From Anthoceros angustus (taxonomy: Eukaryota > Plantae > Anthocerotophyta): 64,000 nt of DNA. A program made the translations under genes and the position numbers. A model generated the notes under the pieces. It made no database searches. It was given only the letters and a program-made list of their open reading frames with translations, and was not told the origin of the DNA. The DNA lies in NCBI GenBank assembly GCA_010909165.1, contig MU008181.1, positions 806,001-870,000 on the forward strand. Reading direction: 5' to 3'. Below are positions 11,290 through 25,200 of this stretch, piece by piece (within the stretch, counting starts at the first letter, position 1; the number at the start of each line of letters is the position of its first letter).

Positions 11290-12585
11290 AGCTCCACTAA
11301 GGCTATGGTAGGAAGGGCGCCATGGCTGGCCCATGGCGCCCTACCCCTCCCTTGTTCTTTCTTTCTCTCACTCGGATTAGTCCGCAGGGATTAGTCCTCT
11401 TGTTGCAGGAGGAGAAGGAAAAAAAAAAAACTAGTATCCTATGCTGCTAGGATAGGTAGGTGTTCTCCTTTCCCCTCCCAGTCTTGTGGATCACCTCAAT
11501 AAAAAGGAGGAGGCTTTAGACCATGAGCCAACCTGCATCCTAGAATCGCTAGGATATGCACTACCCTATAGCTTGTGGGATTAGATCAACAAAAAAAAAA
11601 CAGCAAAAAAATGCACCCAGGCTAGTCCCCCATCCGAGTGCTAATCCATGGGTGGCGTTTACTGGAGTTTCGATGATGACTCGCTGGCGGCCTCCTTTCT
11701 CGCCTACAATCACTTGCAGTTACATTTTTTATGTCAAATTGCGACGGGAGAGGCAGAGGGCTCCCTCCTCCGTTTCCCGTCTCCGATGAGGCGCCGAGGC
11801 TGAAGGAGGCGGCGCCGGCGCCACGCCTGGCTACTGCGGAACCAAGACCCGAGGGCCCGGCTAGCACCGGTCAGGAGGAGGCGGGGAAAGGAGGCACGAG
11901 GCACAGGCGCCGGGAGGAGGAGCGGCGGCGCCGCTGCGGGAATCTCGAGGCAGGCGCCCTCTCTCATCCAGGCGCGACGGACCAGATCTGGCCGGGATCG
12001 CCACCAAATTCCATCCAGATCGGAATCGGCGGCCCCTAGGCGCTGAACTGGGAGCGCAAGCCAGGGAGAGCAAGCCAGGATTTCATCCGAGAGACAACGG
12101 GCGCTCAAAACTCAGATCGCCAGCGACATGAGATTCGGGCCCGGCCGGCAGATTCGGTGAAGCGTGCCCCTTCAGACCAGATTGGGAGCGCCGCCAACCG
12201 CCGCTCCACCTCTGAACATCTGGCCTGGACGGGGACACTGGGAGCGCCCTACTCCTCCCAATCCTGGCTGGTGTGGCGCGACTTTTGCTGATGGCCAGCC
12301 GGGCGCGCACAATCCCGTGTCGTTGTAGGAAGGAGTCCGTTCCCAAGGGAATGACAGGCTCCGGTTGCAGCGTTCCAGGCGATCCTCGTCTTACTTTAGT
12401 TCCCACGCACACATTTATCAGTCCACATCTAACTACTGCAAAATCACCGTGCACAGTCTTGTATACTAAACGCCGGACGTTCGCGTCCGTTTCGTTCACG
12501 TTCGTCACTCACGCCTCTCGTCCGTTCCTCTCTCCACTCACACTACACTTATCAGTCTTAGGGAAAGACGCGCGGGCCCTCCCCT

Positions 12586-13181
12586 ACACACACCACAACA
12601 CGTTAGGTCCGTCACCAGGACCCTGATCAATCTCTCCGGAGCTGTCGTGCCTGCTCAGTGACTCAGGACTCACGTTAGCAAGAAGACACACAAGGGTCTG
12701 CAAGAACGCGGCATCAACACCAAGAGAAAGATGATTTATTCAGGGCAGCCCCAGCCCTCTTATACTACGCCCAAGTCGGCGTCTTTATTACACCCCCTAT
12801 ACGGATACGGATAGGGGTATTTATCTGGATGTTAGTCATGCATCAGACGTCACGAGTTCCTCGCATGGGGCGTGTATTACGGTTCGTAGGTGGGTACATA
12901 TAGGGCGGGCATCCTCGTCAAGAAAGGTGCTGGCCAAGATTATTCTGTTTCTTGGCACACTAGATTAGTCTAACCTATGGTTTAAGGTGGTTAGTTCCGG
13001 GTTAGGATTAAAATATTACTACTATCCTAGTTTACCTATTTATCGTCTAATTACCTGGTTAATTTACCCGTAACACCGGATATGGATAAGGTATTTCTAT
13101 GTGCACATATGTCTCAATTGCCTCGTGGGGTTTCCGCCGCCATGCTTGTGGCTAGGCGCTTCCCAACCATGTGTCTTCTCA
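12586..13181. repeat. LTR-like repeat modules B (12586-12792) and A (12830-13181); copies at about 15340-15895, A 20924-21258, B 21425-21611
   Basis: Direct repeats visible by eye: cacaccacaacacgttaggtcc...tctttattaca (B) and tgttagtcatgcatcag...cccaaccatgtgt (A). Confidence 0.8.
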
Positions 13182-16100
13182 GGCCGATGGACGCGAGGGG
13201 CCGGCTTGCCTCGTCTCATCCTCCCCACTTGCGTGGCCGGGTCCTCCTGCCTTCCGTCCTCTGCCGCAATCACGGCGGAGGTGGGGAAAGTGTTCACAAA
13301 ATCTTTGGGTTCCCAAGTCGCGCCGAGGTGTTCGCCTCTCAGCGACAAAATCGGATCGGCGTCGTCGGAGTTATGTCCGTGACGCAAGATCTGATCTGGT
13401 GTGGGGACCTTTGGGGTGCGGGTGTGGCGCGGGTGGTGCCAAGTCTTGTCGTGGCGGGAGGACTGTTGTGAAAGCCAGCCGATGGCGGGACCAAGTCGGT
13501 CGTCGGTCTCTCCAGTTTCGGCATGGAAGCGTGGAAGGTCTGGCCGAGGCGCCACTAGCGGGAAGGTCAGGGTAAGCAACTAGATTGATCGTGTGTGATC
13601 CGGAAGGGCCACCGTGATGTGAGCTTGTCTTCTGTGAATCGATTTGTGCACATGAGGCTTGATCCAAGCCAAGCGGGTTGGCCAACCTCATCTTGGACCT
13701 TATGGCGGTGCTTGTTGGCGTGTGTACTGTCTTGGGCGGCTGGAGTTTCGGCGGGCAAGCTTGACCTCATGCGGACATCTTGGCGACCTCGGCGTGGCTG
13801 CGCCACTTATCACAGGGGGCCACAGGACACAGTGGAGGGTCTCCCCATACAAGAGCTTGAAGGCGTAACCCGTGGCTGCGTGCTTAGAGTTGTAAGCATA
13901 TTCGAGCAAGGCGGTAACTCCTCCCAAGTGTTTGTTTCTCGTGTGTGAAATGTCGAGCATGTCCTCCGATTACTTGGTTACATTTTATGTCAAATTGCGA
14001 CGGGGAGGCGGCTCCCTCCTCCGTTTCCCGTCTCCGATTGAGCTGAAGGAGGCGGCGCGCCTGTTGCAGCTGCGAAGGCAAGAGGCAGGGCACAGCTGCT
14101 TGTTGGCGGCCTTGGTGTACTGTCTTGGGCGGCCCGAGTTTCGGCGGGCAAGCTTGACCTCATGCGGACATCTTGGCGACCTCGGCCTGCGCCACTTATC
14201 CCATTGGGCCCTGGACACAGTGGAGGAGTCTCCCCATACAAGAGCTTGAAAGGCGTAACCCCCGTGGCTGCGTGCTTAGAAGAGTTGTAAGCATATTCGA
14301 GCAAGGGCAGTAACTCCTCCCACCGTGTTTGTTTCTCGTGTGTGAAATGTCTGAGCATGTCCTCCAGTACTTGGTTCTGTTTTTCCGTCTGTCCATCCGT
14401 CTCTGGATGGTACGCTGTTGACATATTGGTTTTGATTCCCAGGGCTTCCGTGAAGTTTTTCCAGAACCCCGACGTGAACTTCGCGTCCCGATCGGACACA
14501 ATATTCTCTGGTGCACCATGTAGACGGAAGATCTCTCGGACGAAGAGGTTGGCCAGCTTGAGGCGATGTGATGGGCGAATAAAGTGAGCAGTTTTGGAGA
14601 ACACATGACTACCAGATCTGATCCTTGCCGGTCGTGTCAGGTAAGCTGGTGATGAAATCCATAGAGATAGATCCAGATCGGCCATGTGGAATGGAAGCTG
14701 TAAATCAGTTGCTTTTGGTGTTGGTTTTAACTGCGGCATGACTTGAGGGACCCTCCACACAATCGGTGAGTCCTTCCCACGGTAGTGTTCCTTCACTCGA
14801 GCATACGTTTGTCAATCCCAAGGTGACCCGAAATTGGGGAGTCATGGAAGTCATGAAGGATGGAAATCAGGGGCGCAAGCCGAGGAGAGCAAGCCGATTT
14901 CATCAGAGACAGCGCTCGCTCAAAACTTGATCGCCAGCGACATGAGATTCGGGCCCGGGCGAATTGATGGCGTGCCAGACAGTTAGGGCGCGCCAACCGC
15001 CGCTCCACCTCTGAACATCGCGGGCGGGGACCGCCTACTCCTCCCAATCACTGTGGTGTGCGACTTTTGATGGCATAGCGCGCGCCTGTCCGTGTATGTC
15101 GTTGTAGGAAGTCGTTCCCAAGGGAATAGCGAGCTCGGTTGCGGCCAGGCGATCCTCGTCTTACTTTAGTTACGCACATTATCCATCCATCTAACTACCC
15201 AAAATCACCGCGGCCCGGTATGGCCAAGCGTTTCTGGACGTTCGCGTCCGTTTCGTTCCACGTTCGTCACTCCGCCTCTCGTCCGTTCCTCTCTCCCTCA
15301 CTACACTTATCGGTCTTAGGGAAAGGCCGGGCCCTCCCTACACACAACACGTTAGGTCGTCACGGGACCACGTCAATCTCTCGGGTACATCGTGCTGCTT
15401 TCGACTCGAGACTCACGTTAGCAAGAAGACACACAAAGGGTGCAGGCAGCATCAACACCAAGAGAAAGATGATTTATTGAGGCTGACCCTCTTATACTCG
15501 CCCGATCGGCGTCTTTATTACACCCCTATCACGGATACGGGGAATTTATCTGGATGTTAGATGGGCCGTATCGCGTCTGAGTTCCTCGGGCATGGGGCGT
15601 GTATTACGGTTCGTGAGTGGGTACATATAGGGCGGGCATCCTCAGTCAAGAAAGGTGCCTGACCAAGATTATTCTTGGCACACTAGATTAGTCTAACCTA
15701 TGGTTTAAGGTGGTTAGTTAGGGTTAGGATTAAAATATTACTACTATCCTAGTTTACCTATTTATCTAATTACCTGGTTAATTTACAGTAAATCTTGGAT
15801 CGGATAAGGTATTTCTATGTGCACATATGTCTCAATTGCCTCGTGGGGTTTCCGCCGCCATGCTTCGTGGCTAGGCGGCTTCCCAACCATGTGTGTACGA
15901 TGGGCGAGGGGCGGCTCGTCTCTGTCTCATCCTCCCCACTTGCGTGGCGGGTCCTCCCAGGCCTCAGTCCTCTGCGCAATGCGGAGGTGGGGAAAGTGTT
16001 CACAAAATCTTTGGGTTCCCAAGTCGTGAGGTTCGCCTCTCAGCGACAAAATCGGATCGGCGTCGTCGGAGTTATGTCCGTGACGCAAGATCTGATCTGG

Positions 16101-19100
16101 TGTGGGGACCTTTGGGGTGCGGGTGTGGCGCGGGTGGTGCCAAGTCTTGTCGTGGCGGGAGGACTGTTGTGAAAGCCAGCCGATGGCGGGACCAAGTCGG
16201 TCGTCGGTCTCTCCAGTTTCGGCATGGAAGCGTGGAAGGTCTGGCCGAGGCGCCACTAGCGGGAAGGTCAGGGTAAGCAACTAGATTGATCGTGTGTGAT
16301 CCGGAAGGGCCACCGTGATGTGAGCTTGTCTTCTGTGAATCGATTTGTGCACATGAGGCTTGATCCAAGCCAAGCGGGTTGGCCAACCTCATCTGGACCT
16401 TATGGCGGTGCTTGTTGGCGCACTTGGTGTACTGTCTTGGGCGGCCTGGAGTTTCAAGTGCAAGCTTGACCTCATGACATCTTGGCGACCTCGGCCACAC
16501 TGCGCCACTTATCCCGGGCAGGGCCACAGGACACAGTGGAGGGAGTCTCCCATACAAGAGCTTGAAAGGCGTAACGAAGGCGTGCTTAAGAGTTGTAAGC
16601 ATATTCGAGCAAGGCGTAACCTCCCACCGTGTTTGTTTCTCGTGTGTGTGTCCGAGCATGTCCTCGATTGGTTCTGTTTTTCCGGCCCATCCGTCTCTGG
16701 ATGACTGCTGATATTGGTTTTGATTCCTGTGGCTTCCGTGAAGTTTTTCCAACCCCGACGTGAACTTCGCATCCCGACGGACTATATTCTCTGTGCACCA
16801 TGTAGGCGGAAGATCTCTGACGAAGAGGTTGGCGCTTGGGCGTGATGCGGGATTTAACGGTATAAAGTGACAGGTTTTGGAGAACCCGATGACTACCATG
16901 ATCCTTGCCGCGTGCGAAAGTGCGTGATGAAATCCATAGAGATAGATCTGAATCGGCCATGGAATGGGCGAGCCTGTAACCTCGGTTGCTTTTGGTGATC
17001 GGTTTTAACGGGCATGACTTGCGTGAACGGACCCACTCCACACAATCGCTGAGTCCTTCCCACGTAGTGTTCCTTCACTCGAGCATACGCTTTGTCAATC
17101 CCAAGGTGACCCAAATTGGGGAGTCAAGTCATGAAGGATGGAAATCTTCAGCTCTTTCAAGTGTTGTATCATGAGTCGCCTTTACGTATATACACGCATC
17201 CTTGAGAGTATATGTTTGAGTGAGAGCCGGAACACCAGCGCAAGTAATTGAGAATAGAGTTGTAGAGCCGTGTCGTAGGGATTGGCCGACCGAACTGGAT
17301 AATTTCTCGAATGGGTGGTGAGGATGGGATGCACGTCTGCCGAGGGCATCTCGCCACCACATTGGAAGGGCTCTACATACTTGATCTCAACGTTAAAGTC
17401 CGCGAGGTACTCCCACCTGCACCACTGGCATTGAGATTCGGTTGTGAGAAGAAATGTTGCGTTGAATGATGCATGTAGCATATCACTGTTGCCCGAGGAG
17501 GTAGTGTCCATACTTTGGCATGTGTGATTGCTAACATTTCCGCATGCTGTAATGTCATGCCTTGTAGCCGGATTCATAAGCACAATTTGTCCTGTGACAA
17601 CACGCCTCTATGGCATAGTCCACGTATGTATGTGTGTACGTTGTGTGGATGCAACGGCAGGTGCACCGCCGAGGGCCTGCTTTAAGGTGTCGGCCCACCG
17701 CCTCGGCCGAGTTGTAAGGGTTGGCCGGCAGATCAAGTGAGCCCGTGAGAGGTACGCCACCTTGTAAGCCCGATGAAAAAGCCACTGGGTGAGATCTTGA
17801 GGTAATGGCCACCAAATTGCCTTGATTTTCCTGGATCCACACTTATGCTACTATACCGATGATGTCCGAGGTATTCACATTCGGACCTCATGAATACGCA
17901 CTTGCTCCTCTTGGCTTTGAGTTGGTGGGTGCGCCCAAAGATCCGCTTAACCACCGTGGTGTGTACTGTGGTCCTGAGGTAGATGAGAATGTCATCTAAG
18001 AAGACCTCGACGCCATGTCCTAACAGGGGTCTAAGAATCTCCTGCATAAGGCACTGGAAAGTGGCTGGTGCATTGGTGAGGCCGAACGGCATCACCGAAC
18101 TCAAAATGGCCATGGTGAGTTCGAATGCGCCTCATCCCTTATTCTGATGCGGATCTGTGAAACCGCATGCAAGTCAATCTTGGTGAATAGCTGGGCCCCA
18201 TGGAGGCATCCGGATTTCGTCTATCCTGCATCTGCAGACATTGCGGATGGTGGCCTTAAGGGCCCCTAATCGATGAGTCTCCATCCTCCATCCGGTTTGG
18301 CCACAAGGAGAACTGGTGCCCCTAATGGAGAGAGGGCCGGACAAACCCCTTCTGCAGAACTCGCCCACCGCTTTTGATTTCTACCTGATGAAGTGCGGTA
18401 GGGTTGGATGCTCACCGGTTTGTGTCCCGGTAGCAAGTCAATAGAGTGGTCCATTGTTCATGGAGGAAGTGCGAGGTTCGAAGACATCAAGATATTCCTC
18501 CAAGAGGGCCTTAAAGGTGGAGGGTAGCGGTCGTCATGTGCTTTGGCCTCACGGCCCTCGGACTCGTGGGTTCCTCCAAGGGCAACACTCTCTTCAACTT
18601 TGCCACGTATACATGAACCCGCCCATGGCGTGAGCTTTATTGAAAGACACAAGAAATACCGCTTATCGTGTACATACCGCCTCCCTTCATGATGTACTTG
18701 CCTAGTTACAAGTGTCACCACGTTATTCCGCCACCTCTAACGCAATGAGTGTTTGGCTAGCCACGGCTTCCCAATGATAAGATCATGACACAAGGAGGCA
18801 TCACCATCAACTTGAGCACTTCCTTGTATCCGGAAAGGTAACCGCCTCCGCGCTCCTTGCTAGTGTCTCTTCCACCAGTAGTGATCAACGTGGAATCTTG
18901 ACGACTCGTGGACCAGCACTTTCTCGGCCGCCTTAGCCACGTAGTGATGACTAGCCGAGTCCGGCCCCGGTACCTCGTACCTCGACCGACCTCGAACTTG
19001 ATAGGAACATGCTCCGGATGGCGAAGCCACACTGCTTACAACACACAGTACGTTATCGCGTGCCGATGTTGGCTCATTCACCTGTCAGCGTGATTGAGTG

Positions 19101-21258
19101 GTTGGTTCTTGCGGTGTGGCGGGGGCTTCCTCGGGTTGTCTTGCTCTCCTTCAACCAGGTGATGAAGTCCCGTCGGAAGGGACAGCTTTTCGAGCCGTGA
19201 TCCAAGCCTTGACAGGTGAAGCACATTCTTTTGCTTTTGTATTCCACCTTCTCTGCTTCAGTCAAGATTTTGAAAGCAGGTTTCTTTTCAAATGCGTTAG
19301 CTGACTTACCCCACTTTGGCTTGGAGGGCCTCCGCCAAGTGCTTGTATTTGTTTGTGCCATAGTTGCAGCATAGCCTCCCGGTGTTGGGGTTGGTCAGTT
19401 GACATCAGACGCATCTCAAACTTCAAGCCATCGATAAATTTCGACCTTCCGCCTCCGCCGAGTCTCGCATATCAAGGTGAGTTGGAGAATTTGTCGCATG
19501 ATTCTCGCATGCCCTTGGAAAATCTTCCTGAATCGATGGTACGCTTCTTTCCGTGATCGACACGCAAGAACCGCCTGGTGAAGAGTTGCTCAACATCGCC
19601 CACGAATATACAGTGATTCCATACCAAGATCAACTCGCCCCGCCTCCACCGATAGCATACCCGCTAACGACACACAAAACTGGATTGAGGTCGCCCTTCT
19701 CGCCGCAAGGTACTTATCCATTTTGTCAAGCTAGTCGCACGCTCGGCGTCCTTGACTTGGCCCGAACGTGGATGTCTTGATTTTTCGGAGCTCTCATCCA
19801 ACTGGGCTTGGGCTTGAACATCCGCTTCTCCTTCAAGTGAATCTCCATTACCTCTTTGCTCCCAATGCTTGTATCGCATCGCTTGTAGCCTTTTGACCAT
19901 TGCCTTGATATCTTTGTTCTCCTTCTCCATGGGTGTCGTCAATTGAGTCGCTTCAACTCTTTCTTCGACGCCCCCCGTCGCTAGGAGGAATTGGTGAGGC
20001 TCTCCACTCCTCTTGTCTCCTGCTTGAGCGCTCAAGGTGGTAGGTCCGAGAGTTGGGTACCTTCTACTGGGAGCCGGTGGGTGGGAGGTAGGGATCGCCC
20101 AAGGACTGGAGCACTCCGCCATTGCCTCTCCAGGGCCCTCCCCACTTTTCAACCCCCAACGATTCCACCTTTCCCACCGGTCTTGTCGTGTGGCGTTGCA
20201 ACTCTTCAGTGCGTTCCACACTTGTCCGGCTTTCAACTGGGAGCTGTCCATGCCGCCCCGCCCGCCTACCGACCTCTTGAATGTTTGCGTGTCGTGATCC
20301 GGTGGGCGCCGTTTCTTGGTCGCCCCTCTTCCGACCACGGCTCGCGTAGTCCGCCGCTACCGTGTCCTCATCGGCCAAGTGCTGCTCGCTCCCGCAATGC
20401 AACTCACCGGATAGTTCTTGGCGCCTTCCTCCGGGCTGCTACTGTCCTCAACAGCTCCCAGATGGTGTGGATGCGCCATCCGCCGCTTGTCCTCGGCGCA
20501 CGGCCCGTGTTCCCGCCGCCATCCTCTTCACTACACTGGAAATGGTGCAAGATACCGGAGTAATCGCTCATGGTTCACGATTTCTCCGATTTTCTTTGGC
20601 GATTCGGCTGATTGTGGCTCCGGAGACCGCCTCACACTTCCCGTTCGCCTGCGTGTCACCGGTCCGTGAAGCCGGAGATGAATCCGGCAGCTCGGTCCTC
20701 AAAGCCGTGAGAAATTGTTGGGAGAGTTCACCAATCCAAAGGGTAAGAGCCCCGATTTTGTGATTGCTCGTTGACTTCTCCTTTGGCTTTTCGATGTCCC
20801 CTTTCCTTCACTGCAGTGCATGATTGGTGCACCAAAGATGTCGTGCGATCTTAGCCGATCTACACGCTCGATCCCCGATCCAAAGAATCAGATTTCGGGC
20901 TCGATCAAAGATGCGAATACGGATGTTAGTCATGCATCAGACGAGTTCCTCGCATAGACGGTATTACTGTAGGTGGGTACATATAGGAGCGGGCATCCTC
21001 CGTCAAGAAAGGTGCCCATGGCCAAGATTATTCGCTTTCTTGGCACACTAGATTAGTCTAACCTATGGTTTAAGGTATAGTTCCGGGTTAGGATTAAAAT
21101 ATTACTATCCTAGTTTACCTATTTATCGCCTAATTACCTGGTTAATTTACCAGTAAATCTGGATACGGATAAGGTATTTCTATGTGCACATATGTCTCAA
21201 TTGCCTCGTGGGGTTTCCCGCCATGCTTGTGGCTGGCAGCTTCCCAACCATGTGTCTT
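12830..21258 (-). mobile_element. Degenerate Ty3/Gypsy chromovirus-type retrotransposon (gag-PR-RT-RH-INT-chromodomain); INT/3' part present twice
   Basis: Gag Zn knuckle CFTCQGLDHGSKSC (about 19190-19230); RT HSIDLLPGHKPVSIQPYR and VMPFGLTNAPATFQ...VFLDDILIY; integrase HDSPISGHLG, IVSDRDAKFTSGFW, STAYHPETDGQTE; chromodomain-like PDQILRH...ATWEPKDFVNTFP (about 13280-13400); direct repeat A at both ends. Confidence 0.85.
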
Positions 21259-22212
21259 GTGGTGGCAGCTAGTAAATCTCACACTGTCCACTTGTGCAGG
21301 TTACGGTCCGGACCTCCTCCGCTGCTTCTCTGGCCTCCGTCCGGCTCAGACGCCTCCCGAGTCCCTCCGGCTCACACGTTCCGGTCGTTGGACGGGCCGG
21401 ACTGCGACGACGGTCCCAGTCACCCACACACCACAACACGTTAGGTCCGTCACGGGACCACGATCAATCTCTCCGGGCGCCGTGCACCTTTCGGTGACTC
21501 GGGACTCACGTTAGCAAGAAGACACACAAGGTGCAGGCGGCATCAACACCAAGAGAAAGATGATTTATTCAGGCATGACCCTCTTATACTACGTACGGCG
21601 TCTTTATTACACTCTATTCTCGAAATGGCCACCAAGATACCCTAATCGGCCGCCTACCATCCTATTTTCCCCCTATCTCCTTCGGCGTGGGGTGGGAAGG
21701 TCCGGGTTCCGCCTTGGGATTGGTGGTCCAATCTCCGTCACGGATTCTGGCGCAATCGGATGATCCGCGGACCCTCCTCTCTCCCGGAATCACAGCCGGG
21801 TTGGGCTACCGTGACGGTGATCGTTATCACGGCGTCATCCTCCACAGCCTCCCGTGGGTCCCCTCGGTGGGGCCACCGGCTCCCCTAAGCGTAAGTCGAG
21901 GGGCTCCTCCATCGCCAAGTCCGACCTCGAGGTCCGGCCTCGACCCCGAGTCCGAACCTGTGGGTCCGCTTATTTCGAGTCCGTGGTGGGTCCGGCCTCG
22001 TCTCTGAGGTTCGGACCTCGGTCAGAACTTATTCTGAGTCCGGTCCCCAAGCTCCGGACCCCTTATCTGGACCTCGTCTTGCTGGGTCCTCCTCCCTACC
22101 CAGGCCCTTGTCTTGGGTGGGTTAGCTCATAGCCCCTTTCCGGGCCGTCACTCCCACTTCTCCAGGCGGGTTGCGGTGAACTTACCCTGGGGTCCGTTGC
22201 GTCTCGCTCCTC

Positions 22213-25200
22213 TTGAGGCTCTTCTCCCCATTGCCGTCGTCTCAAGCAGGGGCCCCTAGAGTCCCCTGTCTTTGTCCCCATGCCCTTCTTCCCCCTCTGA
22301 GCCTTCCAGGGGTCCGTCTATTTGCAGCGGGCGCTGAGAGGCCTCTACCGCCTTCAGGAGCTCAGCGTGGTAATAGGCAAAGTCCGAATCCACTTGTTGG
22401 ATTGCCTCTTCCACGTGTGCCCGGAGCACCCGATACTCCCTTCGCCATAGGTGCTCGGGAGGCGTCTTTGCCGCTTGTTGGTCCACCTCCCGCGGGTTTG
22501 ATATTGGGCAGCCGCTTCTCATGGTGCAAAGGGTCGGTCACCTCCATGGCCGTCGGCTATTTGTTGCTCCCGCTCCGCCGCTTGGTTCATTTGCCGGCTT
22601 CCGCCTTCCTCAATGGACCGGCTTCTTATGCCTTCGACTCTATCTTTGTCCATTTTGGTACTAACTCCATCTCTCCTCTCGGTCGGGCAACTCTGCGGGC
22701 TGCGGCCAGCCCTTCTCCATCTCGGCGGCGTCACGCTCCTGTTCCATAGCGTCACGACTCAGTCGCCAGGCGGGCCGCTCTATTTCCGTTCGCGTTCGCG
22801 ACCATGTCCTGAGACTACCATTCCTCTCAATGGTAGTTTGAAGGCTATGACTCAAAGTCTCCTTGCGGTCTTCCATCTCCTGGCTGCTCCACCTCCGGAT
22901 GAGTCAGATCCTCCATCTCCTTGTCGCGAACTTCACAGGCTGGTCGCGCTTGCTCACCTCTGCTCCATCTTGAGGCGGTGGGCGCTCTATCTCCTCGAAG
23001 TCTTGGATTCTCTCGTTGAGAACCCCTTGCTTTGCTCCAGCGTCTTGGGTTGTAACTCCAAGGTGTCCTTCTTGTCCTCCGGCTCCTGCGCCTCCCTTCT
23101 ACCTCCTGCGTGCACGAGGTCCCGTTTCCGGGTCTTGGCCTCAGTGTTTACGCACGGCTCGTCGTGCTTGCTCTCTTGCTTTGCTCGGCCTTGATTGGCC
23201 GTGGCTACCCGGTAGCCTCCACTGATCCATGAGTAGTGATCGCGATCGGCCTTTGCCGTGGCTTCCGCCTCCTTGGCCACCTTCACAGGCCTCTCGACAG
23301 CTCTGGTCTGTCAGCCTCCGGTCCGCGCCCGCTCGCTTGCCCGGCCTCTTCCGCTCTGCTGCGCTACCCCCTCACTGCGAGGTCCTCGGCCCGCTTGGGC
23401 CTCCTTAGCTTGCTTGCTTCCTCCAGTGAAGGAATTTAGTCCGGTCCTTGCGGATGGACGGACTTCCCTCTCGGCCTCCGGCGTTTCCCTTCCTCAATCC
23501 GGCCGAGCTTGGCCTTCCTTCTGCCTCTGGGCCCCTCAAGCCTCACGGAGGAGTACCATGCGCCTCGGGTGGCTTCTACCTCCTGGGTCTTCTCGGCCAT
23601 CCGAGACCCCAAAGCATCTGCGTCCATGGCGGTAGCAGGAACCGCCGTGTTTCTTCCACGGCCGGCTAGTGAGGCTCCCACAAAGTCCGTAGCGGAGCCG
23701 CATTTCACGGTCCGCCAGGACCTCCATACCGTCCGAGTAAGTCCGACTGGGTTCTCGGACCTAATCGGGACCCTTAGGTCACAGTCTTGGCTTCACCCTC
23801 CTTGGCCCTTTGGCCGCGAGCTCCTTCTCGCCCTTTTTCTCACAGGGCTCGGAGGAGGTGAGGGGTCGGGAGCAAGCCCTTTTGCCCCTTCACATCGGCG
23901 GCAGGACCCGGCTCAGTGCGGCTGCTGCCGGTGTCCTCCTGCTCACAGGCGTCCCTTCTGCCCTCACTTCTCCTCCTTCTTGCCACTCAGGTAGGCGGGG
24001 TAAGAATCTTGGCACCGTCTGCCGTTAGTCTTGTCTTCGTCTCTTGGTTCCCTCACAGTCGGGGCTCCATGGTATGGTTGTGGTGGTGGCGGGGCGGGGT
24101 CGGGGGGCTTCTGTGGTGGCCCCTCGGTTGGGGCACCGGGAGGAGGAGGCGGATTTCTTCCCATACTTCCACAGGTGGTGAGGGGTCCGTTCAGACGTAT
24201 GGAGTCGAATTCCCTCGATCGTCCTCCTCCGGGTCCGTTTGGCCTTGATCGGCCTCCCCTCGGGCGCCCTTGCCGCTCCACTTCCGGCGGGGCCTCAGTC
24301 CTTTCGGGCGCCCGCTCAAGCTCTCCCTCCTTGAGGCTCTTCTCCTCACCGCTGTTGCCTCCAAACAGGCCCCTAGAGTCCCCTGTGGCCGCCCCCATGC
24401 CCTTCTTCCCTCCGAGCCTTCCAGGGTCCGCCTATTTACCGAGAGGCCTCTTCAGAGCTCAGTGGTAATAGGCAAAGTCCGAATCCACTTGTTGGATTGC
24501 CTTCCACGGTGCCCGAGCACGATACTCCCTTCGCCATAGGTGCTCCGGAGCCGAGCGTGCGCCCTTGTTGGTCCACCTCCCCGCCAGTTTGATAGCCGGA
24601 GCCGGCCGCCGCGAGGTCGCAAGGCCGCCGGCCACCTCCCGCAACCGCCGTTGCTCCACCGCCCAACTCCTTCGCCTGCTCACTTGCCACCCATAACGCA
24701 GCTGCTCCTTCCGCCTTCCGCCTGGACCAGCAGCTTCTTGTCTCGCCTCTTTGTCCATTCCGCAACTCCGCCATCTCCCTCTCAGACGGTCGGGCAACTC
24801 TGATCGGGCTTCGCCTGTGCCCTTCTCCATCTCGGCGACGCCCCGCCTCTGCTCCATCGCTGCTCCTGGCCTCCGCCAATGTAGCCGGAGCCGCTTATTT
24901 CCTGCCTGCCACCATGTCCCCGCATCACTACCATTCCTCTCAATGGTAGTTTGAAGTCAGCCCAAAGTCTCCTTGCGGTCTTCCATCTCCGCCGCCGCCG
25001 CTGCTCCACCTCCCGGAGCCGAGTCCGAGATCCTCCATCTCCTTGTCGCGAACTTCGGCCTCGGCCGTGGCTGCCGCCACCTCCCCGCCTCCATCTTCGT
25101 GCAGAGCCGAGGCGCCTATCTCCCGTCAAGTCTTGGATTCTCTCGTTGAGAACCCCTTGTCGCCCGACGCTGCCTTGGAGTTGTAACTCAAGGTGTCCTT

